NCBI GenBank assembly: GCA_001774685.1
Contig: MFAS01000001.1
Location: 351,557 to 415,556, forward strand
DNA length: 64,000 bases
Direction of reading: 5' to 3'
Source of the DNA: Candidatus Collierbacteria bacterium RIFOXYD2_FULL_45_13
GTDB taxonomy: Bacteria > Patescibacteriota > Microgenomatia > UBA1400 > MFAQ01
The notes beneath the pieces were generated by a model. The model was not told where the DNA came from. It was given only the letters and a program-made list of their open reading frames with translations, and made no database searches. The translations under genes were made by a program, and so were the position numbers. Every line of letters begins with the position of its first letter. The stretch's first letter is position 1. Positions 56,749 through 64,000 of the stretch are shown in pieces.

Positions 56749-57504
56749 TTACTTTTTTACAGCCAATATTGCCATAAACATCGGGAACTCCTCACGCGCA
56801 CGGTTTTCCATCTTGGCTGCTTTTCCCTCGCTTTTTTTCTCTGATGTCCACTCCTCAATTTTTTTGATGAGGAAACCGTTACCAAAAAGGTAGTTGGAAT
56901 AATCTTCAACCGGGTGGTGGAAAGACCAAGTCACTGGGGAGTTCTCTTCTCCGGGATGGGTATTTATAGGTATCTCTAAAGGGGACATGTATCGATTAAT
57001 TCTCCTGTATTGCATTTTGTTTGCTTTGTCTTCTTCCCAACTGCTCTGTCTGGGGATTCTGAAACAGGGATGATTCAACACTATGACCAATTCACCGCTC
57101 TTCTCCATTACCTCACTCAAATGCTGTATTGTTTTTTCCGGCTCTTTAATGTTTTGAAGTGCCAGAATGATCGCCGCCTTGTTAAAAGTTTCCTTCAGCC
57201 CAAAACTCTTGGTGGCGTCGGTTACCAAATATCTATGTGACTTGTTATTATCCAGACTCTTTGCTTCATCAATCAGCTTCTTTGACGCGTCCAGCCCTAC
57301 ATACTTTACCGACTCCGGCAACCTTCGGGAGAGCACTCCTTGACCACAAGCGACATCAATCAATCTGTCTCCAGGCTTCACCTCCAAGAGTTTAAGTGTT
57401 TGGGGAATAATCAGTGATTGGTGATAGAAATGTCCTTTCTCGCCTACAATCGATCCATACCATTTACTTACTTTTTCCCACGATGTATTTTTGTCATCCC
57501 TCAT
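56749..57504 (-). CDS. Class I SAM-dependent methyltransferase
   Basis: LIDVACGQG, NHPCF. Confidence 0.88.
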   Translation of the reverse strand: MRDDKNTSWEKVSKWYGSIVGEKGHFYHQSLIIPQTLKLLEVKPGDRLIDVACGQGVLSRRLPESVKYVGLDASKKLIDEAKSLDNNKSHRYLVTDATKSFGLKETFNKAAIILALQNIKEPEKTIQHLSEVMEKSGELVIVLNHPCFRIPRQSSWEEDKANKMQYRRINRYMSPLEIPINTHPGEENSPVTWSFHHPVEDYSNYLFGNGFLIKKIEEWTSEKKSEGKAAKMENRAREEFPMFMAILAVKK

Positions 57505-57560
57505 TTAGCTATTTTCTCACACTTCTGATAAACTAAGTTTAACCCAAACAAAAACCGAAC

Positions 57561-58718
57561 ATGACCAAATCAGTCGAACCATTGGCTTCCCGCATTCGTC
57601 CTTCTAACTTGGAAGAGTTCATCGGCCAGGATCACCTTACGGGGGAGGGGAAACCCCTTCGTCTGGCTATCAAAAACAAATTGATTTTTTCTTTCATATT
57701 GTGGGGATCTCCCGGCACCGGAAAAACCACTATCGCCAGAATCTACGCGGACGCCATCGATGCTGATTTCCACGAGTTGTCAGCCGTCTCAGCCGGCAAA
57801 GACGATATTCGTCAAATCGCCGGAGAGAAAAATAAAGCTACCAAACCCATCGTCATTTTTTTGGACGAAATACATCGTTTCAACAAAGCTCAGCAGGATT
57901 TTCTTCTGCCCTTTGTTGAGTCGGGCAAGATTACTCTCATTGGGGCTACTACCGAAAATCCCAGTTTCGAAATTATTCCCCCGCTACTTTCCCGGTGCCG
58001 GGTTTTCGTTCTCAAGGAACATTCTCCGGAGGATATTGCTCAGATCATCGACCGTGCCACCAAGGCTCTAAAAACCAAGATGGACAATGATGTAAGGGAG
58101 TGGCTCTCGGAGTTTGCCAACGGGGACGCCCGTCAGGCCATAGGGCTAATCGAGTCCACCTTCAATCTTTACAAGGCCCTCACCATAGACAACTTTAAAA
58201 ACGCTATTCAAAATAAATTCTTAAGGTTTGACAAAAAAGGGGAGGAGCACTACAACGTCATTTCCGCCTTTATCAAATCCATGAGAGCCGGCAATCAGGA
58301 CGCCGCCATCTATTATCTGGCTCGTCTGGTAGATAGTGGCGAGGACCCTTTGTTTATCGCCCGCCGCATGGTTATCTTCGCCAGTGAAGATATTGGGGTT
58401 GCCCAGCCCACGGCACTGGTTGTCGCCAACGCCGTATTTCAGGCCTGTCAACAAATTGGTTATCCGGAATGCGCCATCAATTTGGCACACGGAGTCACGT
58501 ATCTGGCCGGCTGTACCAAAAACCGTTCGGCTTATGATGCTCTTCGGGCTGCCCAGGCTGACGTCACTCAACACGGAAATCTACCCATTCCTCTGAATCT
58601 TCGCAATGCCCCGACCAAGTTAATGAAGGGACTCGGTTACGGTTCCGGATACGAAATGTACTCCCAAGAAGATCTCCTTCCCATGAAGCTCAAAGGCAAA
58701 AAATATTTGAATAAATAG
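57561..58718 (+). CDS. rarA: Replication-associated recombination protein A (MgsA)
   Basis: [35 protein letters not shown]. Confidence 0.96.
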   Translation: MTKSVEPLASRIRPSNLEEFIGQDHLTGEGKPLRLAIKNKLIFSFILWGSPGTGKTTIARIYADAIDADFHELSAVSAGKDDIRQIAGEKNKATKPIVIFLDEIHRFNKAQQDFLLPFVESGKITLIGATTENPSFEIIPPLLSRCRVFVLKEHSPEDIAQIIDRATKALKTKMDNDVREWLSEFANGDARQAIGLIESTFNLYKALTIDNFKNAIQNKFLRFDKKGEEHYNVISAFIKSMRAGNQDAAIYYLARLVDSGEDPLFIARRMVIFASEDIGVAQPTALVVANAVFQACQQIGYPECAINLAHGVTYLAGCTKNRSAYDALRAAQADVTQHGNLPIPLNLRNAPTKLMKGLGYGSGYEMYSQEDLLPMKLKGKKYLNK

Positions 58719-58757
58719 AAAAAAATGGTCTTCAATACCATATAATTGTTCTTAACC

Positions 58758-59213
58758 ATGAGGTCCAAAATCTACCTATATATACTCATCGGGCTGGGAG
58801 CCTTTTTCTTTCTTGTCTATTTCAATTATTTTAAAGCACAGTTGGCAATCAAAAACACACGACCCTCTCCGTTATTGATCGAACTGGTATCCTACCCGGA
58901 GTCTCTGCCTTACGGCAAAGAAGGAACTTTTTTGTGGCATGTCCAGTCAAGTCCTGATCTGTTTACTTCATTTTCCACCATATACTGGAGTTACCAAGCC
59001 AGTCCAAGCGCTCTGACGAAGCTTGACTCTCCACAGGCAGCAGCCTACCCTTTTTCTCTTCTGGACTACTCTGCCGGCAGATATAAGCTTCCCAACGATT
59101 TTAGTCTCGGCATCAAGTTTAATAAACCCGGAACAATTTTTTTTCGTGCGTACGCCAAGGTGGGCAACGAACACCTATGGTCCGAAGAAAAAAGCCTGGA
59201 GGTAATCAAATAG
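58758..59213 (+). CDS. Hypothetical exported protein
   Basis: N-terminal TM, beta-rich remainder. Confidence 0.7.
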   Translation: MRSKIYLYILIGLGAFFFLVYFNYFKAQLAIKNTRPSPLLIELVSYPESLPYGKEGTFLWHVQSSPDLFTSFSTIYWSYQASPSALTKLDSPQAAAYPFSLLDYSAGRYKLPNDFSLGIKFNKPGTIFFRAYAKVGNEHLWSEEKSLEVIK

Positions 59214-59214
59214 T

Positions 59215-59316
59215 ATGCCATCAAAACAAAAATTTTCGCTATCATTTTTTCTTATTATCACCGGTCTTACCATACTGGCAACCATTCTTTTGGGCCTCAG
59301 ATTCCTCGTTTTTTAA
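59215..59316 (+). CDS. Putative small membrane peptide, 33 aa
   Basis: MPSKQKFSLSFFLIITGLTILATILLGLRFLVF; GGAGGT SD; starts 1 bp after the upstream stop. Confidence 0.45.
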   Translation: MPSKQKFSLSFFLIITGLTILATILLGLRFLVF

Positions 59317-59358
59317 CCGGTTAGCAATTTATCTCTTCATCTGCTAAAATCTTTAACT

Positions 59359-61719
59359 ATGGCAGAAAACGAACTCAAAAAAGACTTACCTCAGACAAGT
59401 CTCGTCCCCTTTATCGGACTTAGGGAAGGTGTTATTTTCCCGGACACAGAAGCCGTCCTTACTTTTGGCAGACCGGCTTCCATTTCCGGTATTAGTGAGG
59501 CCTACGCCAACGATCAGGAGGTCTGCTTTGCTTCACAGATAGATCCTAAAGCCAATGCAGAAAGTCTGACTGACTACTACACTATCGGAACTGTCTGTAA
59601 AATCACCAAGACCTTACCGGTAAATGACGAGCTGCACGCCATCGTCAAGGGGCTCCAAAAGGTCCACATCTCTCAGCTGGAAACACGCGACGGTCGTATG
59701 TGGTCGGTAGTCGAAGACATCGAAGAAATCACAGAAACCTCGCCGGAAATGATTGCCTTAGGCAATCGGGCAGTAGCGGAAATTAAGAAAGCTCAGGATC
59801 TGGGAAAGGCCAATATCGACCCAAGTATCTTGACGAAAATAATGAGCAGTGCCGATCCCGCTCTTATTGCCAATCAGATTTCTGCGGTTCTTGATGTCAA
59901 AAACGATGAAAAGCAGAGACTTTTGGAAGAGAACTCTACCGAAGACAGGCTCAATTTCATCTGTAAACGGCTCAACGAGGAAATAAAGATACTGGAGCTG
60001 GAGAAGAAAATCGAAAACAAAACTCAAAAAAGGTTTGACGAAAGCATGAAAGAGGCGGTTCTTCGTGAAAGGATGAGAGCCATTCAAAAAGAACTGGGGG
60101 AAGGCGGCGAAGAAGAGGAGATTGGAGAATTGAAGGGAAAACTGAAAAAAGCTAAACTTCCCAAAGAGATATATGCCAAAGTGAACAAAGAGCTGGAGCG
60201 TCTGGCCAAGCTGTCCATCCACAATCCGGAAACTTCATATCTCAGAACATGGATCGAGACAATTCTGGAACTACCTTGGGGTGAATACACCAAAAGCAGT
60301 TACTCGCTTGCCAAAGCGGAGAAAATCCTCAATCAGGATCACTATGGACTGGAAAAAGTCAAAGAAAGAATTCTGGAATATATCGCTGTCCTAAAGCTAA
60401 AGTCGGAACAGGTAAAAAATTCCAAAAAACACTCCGCCGTCCCACCAACCATACTCTGTTTTGTCGGGCCTCCGGGCGTTGGAAAAACATCTGTCGGCAG
60501 ATCCATTTCCAAAGCCATTGGCCGCAAGTTTGTCAAAATGTCTTTGGGAGGTGTTAAAGACGAAGCCGAAATACGCGGCCATCGTCGCACATATGTTGGT
60601 GCAATGCCCGGAAGGATTATTCAATCCATTAAGGACAGTGGTTCAAACAATCCGGTGTTTATGTTGGATGAAATAGACAAGATCGGTGCCGACTTTCGTG
60701 GAGACCCCAGCTCGGCCCTTCTTGAAGCTCTGGATCCCGAGCAGAACTTTGCTTTCCAAGATCACTACCTGGATATTCCCTATGATCTATCCCAAGTTCT
60801 TTTTATTACAACAGCAAACGTTCTGGATACCATTCCACCCGCACTTCGGGACCGATTGGAGGTTATAGAATTCTCCGGTTACACCGAAGAAGAAAAATTC
60901 CATATTGCCAAAAAATATTTACTCAAGAAACAAGCAGAGGTAAACGCTTTGGAACCCAAAGACGTCGATCTAAGTTCTCCCATGCTTCGTTATATAGTTC
61001 GCTACTACACGCGTGAAGCCGGTGTCCGAAATTTGGAAAGACAAGTAGCCTCAATCATGCGCAAAGCCGCCAAGGTCAAAGCTTCCGGCAAAGATCTTCC
61101 CATCATTGTTACCAAAGAGTTGATCCATAAATATCTTGGTCCCATTATGTTCAGTCACACTTTGGCCGAAGATACAGATCAAATCGGTCTGGTAACCGGT
61201 CTGGCTTACACCAAAGTCGGGGGAGATATTCTTTTTATCGAAGTCGCTCTCATGCCGGGACAGGGCAAGGTTACTCTCACCGGGCAGCTTGGTGATGTCA
61301 TGAAAGAGTCGGCCAAAGCGGCCTACTCCTATGTCCGCTCTCACTGCCACGAACTGGGCATAAAAGAACAGATAATTTCCAAATCGGACATTCACATTCA
61401 CGTACCGGAAGGTGCCGTTCCCAAAGACGGACCTAGCGCTGGTTTAGCGATCACCACCGCCATCATTTCTGCTTTCACAAAAAAGCCGGTTCCGAAAGAT
61501 CTGGCTATGACAGGGGAGGTTACTCTACGGGGTCGGGCTCTGGAGATCGGCGGAGTTCGCGAAAAAGTAGTCGCCGCCCACCGTGCAGGCATTAAACAGG
61601 TTATTCTTCCCAAGGAAAACGAAAAGAACATGGTCGATCTACCAGAAAAAGTGAAAAAGGATCTTAAGTTCTACTTTGCCAAGAGTATGGACGACGTGGT
61701 CAAAATCGTTTTTGGGTAG
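59359..61719 (+). CDS. lon: Endopeptidase La
   Basis: GPPGVGKTS, GHRRTYVGAMPG, PKDGPSAG. Confidence 0.98.
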   Translation: MAENELKKDLPQTSLVPFIGLREGVIFPDTEAVLTFGRPASISGISEAYANDQEVCFASQIDPKANAESLTDYYTIGTVCKITKTLPVNDELHAIVKGLQKVHISQLETRDGRMWSVVEDIEEITETSPEMIALGNRAVAEIKKAQDLGKANIDPSILTKIMSSADPALIANQISAVLDVKNDEKQRLLEENSTEDRLNFICKRLNEEIKILELEKKIENKTQKRFDESMKEAVLRERMRAIQKELGEGGEEEEIGELKGKLKKAKLPKEIYAKVNKELERLAKLSIHNPETSYLRTWIETILELPWGEYTKSSYSLAKAEKILNQDHYGLEKVKERILEYIAVLKLKSEQVKNSKKHSAVPPTILCFVGPPGVGKTSVGRSISKAIGRKFVKMSLGGVKDEAEIRGHRRTYVGAMPGRIIQSIKDSGSNNPVFMLDEIDKIGADFRGDPSSALLEALDPEQNFAFQDHYLDIPYDLSQVLFITTANVLDTIPPALRDRLEVIEFSGYTEEEKFHIAKKYLLKKQAEVNALEPKDVDLSSPMLRYIVRYYTREAGVRNLERQVASIMRKAAKVKASGKDLPIIVTKELIHKYLGPIMFSHTLAEDTDQIGLVTGLAYTKVGGDILFIEVALMPGQGKVTLTGQLGDVMKESAKAAYSYVRSHCHELGIKEQIISKSDIHIHVPEGAVPKDGPSAGLAITTAIISAFTKKPVPKDLAMTGEVTLRGRALEIGGVREKVVAAHRAGIKQVILPKENEKNMVDLPEKVKKDLKFYFAKSMDDVVKIVFG

Positions 61720-61755
61720 ATGAATTGCTTCATATCACTTATGATTTAAGGTGAG

Positions 61756-62457
61756 ATGGTTAAACACAAAACTATCGGCGTTCTCGGGGGTTCAGGTCCC
61801 ATTGCAGGAGCCAATGTCTACATCCGGATGCTACGACACGCCCAATTAAAGTATCATGCCGTTCAAGACACTGACTATCCACCCACGATTCTGTATAGTC
61901 TGCCTCTGGAAGGTTTCACAGAAAAGGGTAGTGTTGATAATCACTTGTTAAGGGTTCAATTCAGACATGGCTTGTCGGTTCTTCAGAACTCGGGCAGCGA
62001 TATCATTATCATCGCTTGTAACACCTTACACACTTTGCTTCCGGAGTTCAAAGACGAAATCTCAATTCCTATTCTGGACATGATTTCCCTTACGGTAGAC
62101 AGTGTTGTCGACTCACACGTCCGGACCGTCGGTGTACTCGCATCCGAGGAGAGCCATAGAAAACAGTTATATGGTCAACTCTTGAGTACTAAAGACATTG
62201 AGGTTCTCGAAGTCGATGACATGGCTCAGATTGATCTAAACAACATTATTCTTCATGTCATGGGGGGCACTTATTCGGTATTAGATAACCAGGTTCTCAT
62301 GAAAGTAATCAATTCACTAGTGGCCAGAGGCGCCGAAAGTGTCATAATTGGATGTACCGAATTATCAATTGTGGCTGAGCATATTAAACCATCCATCAAG
62401 CTACATGACAGTGCCGATATTCTTGCCGTTGCCGTGGTAGATTATGCAATGAAATAA
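61756..62457 (+). CDS. Aspartate/glutamate racemase family protein
   Basis: IGVLGGSGP, ACNTLH, GCTEL. Confidence 0.9.
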   Translation: MVKHKTIGVLGGSGPIAGANVYIRMLRHAQLKYHAVQDTDYPPTILYSLPLEGFTEKGSVDNHLLRVQFRHGLSVLQNSGSDIIIIACNTLHTLLPEFKDEISIPILDMISLTVDSVVDSHVRTVGVLASEESHRKQLYGQLLSTKDIEVLEVDDMAQIDLNNIILHVMGGTYSVLDNQVLMKVINSLVARGAESVIIGCTELSIVAEHIKPSIKLHDSADILAVAVVDYAMK

Positions 62458-62473
62458 TTATTAAATAATAAAT

Positions 62474-63439
62474 ATGAAGATATACAATCTCCAAACGGAC
62501 AAAGACCTTGTCCCGGAACTTAAAGAAGTCCTTGAACATTTGCGCCAGCAAAGAAACTTTGACGAGAGTTATTACCTGAAAAAGAAGTTGGGCTTATTGA
62601 ATGACTATATGCGCGAATTTAGTCTAAAATCCTGTGTCGTCGCGGTCAGTGGTGGAATTGACTCGGCCGTAACTTTGGGGATTGTCCATTCGGCTTCAAA
62701 AGAACCCAATTCGCCGATTAAGAAGATAGTGCCCGTCTTCCTGCCGGTTTTCTCGAAAGAGTCAGCTTCAAATCAGGAGTCCACAGTCGACCGTGGTCTG
62801 GATTTGGTCAATCACTTTGGATTAACTCCAGCTAAGGTAGATCTTACCGAATGTCATGCCGTGATGAAAAAAACCGTGGACTCCGCCATGCGGTTTACCG
62901 GAGCCGGTTGGGCCTCTGGCCAGCTCGTTTCCTATATGAGGACTCCCGCTCTTTATTACATCACCAGCCTTTTGTCGGAGATGAGCATGCCAGGGATATT
63001 GTGTGGTACTACCAACAGAGATGAGGGTGCATACATCGGTTATTTTGGTAAAGCCTCCGACGGTCTTGTAGATGTTCAAATTATCTCCGATATTCATAAA
63101 AGCGAAGTTTATCGGATGGCGAAAGTGCTTGACTTGCCCAAAAGCGTCATCGACGCTATTCCCTCAGGTGATATGTACGATGCACGACCAGACGAGGAAG
63201 TGTTTGGTGCGACGTATGATTTTGTTGAGCTATACATGCTTTATCTTTCTTTAAACTCTCCCGAAACCAAGAGCCATCTTCGTAGGGGCTGGAGCCAAGC
63301 AGCCATTGATCAATTTGAGCTTCTAAGCTCCAGACTAGAATCAATGCACTCGTATAACAAACATAAGTATCTGGGAAAAAATCCATCCGTTCACTTTGAT
63401 ATTTATGAAAGGTTCGTTCCTGGTGGTTGGATGGACTAA
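62474..63439 (+). CDS. nadE: NH3-dependent NAD+ synthetase
   Basis: SGGIDSAV, GTTNRDE..IGYFGK.SDG, HKSEVY. Confidence 0.9.
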   Translation: MKIYNLQTDKDLVPELKEVLEHLRQQRNFDESYYLKKKLGLLNDYMREFSLKSCVVAVSGGIDSAVTLGIVHSASKEPNSPIKKIVPVFLPVFSKESASNQESTVDRGLDLVNHFGLTPAKVDLTECHAVMKKTVDSAMRFTGAGWASGQLVSYMRTPALYYITSLLSEMSMPGILCGTTNRDEGAYIGYFGKASDGLVDVQIISDIHKSEVYRMAKVLDLPKSVIDAIPSGDMYDARPDEEVFGATYDFVELYMLYLSLNSPETKSHLRRGWSQAAIDQFELLSSRLESMHSYNKHKYLGKNPSVHFDIYERFVPGGWMD

Positions 63440-63442
63440 ATT

Positions 63443-64000
63443 ATGAAAGATCTTTGGAGTGATTTTGGAGTAAGACCTGGTGTGACCGTCGAGGAACTCG
63501 ATAGATCATATGTTCTTCGCCGGTCAAAGGCAAAAGGTAAACACAAAGATCTCCGTTTGGCCTGGAAAATTCTTAGAGATCCCTATGCCGCCGCCGCCTA
63601 CGGCAATTACAAACAAATCCGTTCCGTCATTGAGGCCGGTTTTTTTGATGACGAGGTTGAGCCGGAAAATTACAAACCTGAAAGAAATGACCTAAACTGG
63701 CTGACCACTCCCTTTCAGAAAATCATTAACAATATCCACGATCTCGATTCGGATACAATTGACCATTTTCAAAAGATACCACCTGTAGTTTTACTATCCA
63801 CCGGAGCTTTTTCACCCATCCACCAAGGGCATCTCATGATGATGGAAAATGCCAAAAAGGAACTGGAGAACAGAGGGAGAACTGTCCTGGGAGGATACAT
63901 TTCTCCCTCTCACGACAAATATGTGTTTGGAAAATACAAAGATGTTCTCTTTCTTGACACATCGCATAGGCTGAGGTTATGTGAGAAAGCCGTTGCTCAT
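63443..64000 (+). CDS. Partial ORF: degenerate J-domain-like N-terminus fused to an NMNAT-like nucleotidyltransferase; runs off the window
   Basis: Manual translation MKDLWSDFGVRPG...LAWKILRDP....Y then VVLLSTGAFSPIHQGHL...VLGGYISPSHDKYV. Confidence 0.8.
   Translation, partial: MKDLWSDFGVRPGVTVEELDRSYVLRRSKAKGKHKDLRLAWKILRDPYAAAAYGNYKQIRSVIEAGFFDDEVEPENYKPERNDLNWLTTPFQKIINNIHDLDSDTIDHFQKIPPVVLLSTGAFSPIHQGHLMMMENAKKELENRGRTVLGGYISPSHDKYVFGKYKDVLFLDTSHRLRLCEKAVAH

Overview
Bacterial chromosomal window (genetic code 11). Gene content and style suggest a Patescibacteria/CPR genome, probably Microgenomates (inference): secDF, gltX, cca, relA/spoT, lon, rarA, split transketolase, a giant FN3/DUF2341 surface protein with a MacB-type ABC transporter, and many apparently leaderless genes. 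The main signal is an accessory island (~39.55-52.63 kb, possibly starting near 34.5 kb) anchored on the 3' end of tRNA-Gln(CTG) next to a large serine recombinase. The recombinase ORF runs through its own att site into the antisense tRNA. The island holds three more att-like junctions (cores at 39585, 45757 and, inverted, 50955-50959). Each carries an in-frame remnant of a sibling recombinase 3' end, ending ...SVVCYNEIRTYFRDHY*. Two are followed by a ~350-400 bp hairpin-dense element with compensatory changes. The junctions delimit cargo blocks, which looks like a serine-recombinase-built cassette array of non-autonomous elements, possibly with an invertible recombinase gene. Other points of interest: an Erm-like methylase with a consensus promoter, operator and upstream ORF; several NAD salvage genes; and an MshC-like CysRS paralogue.
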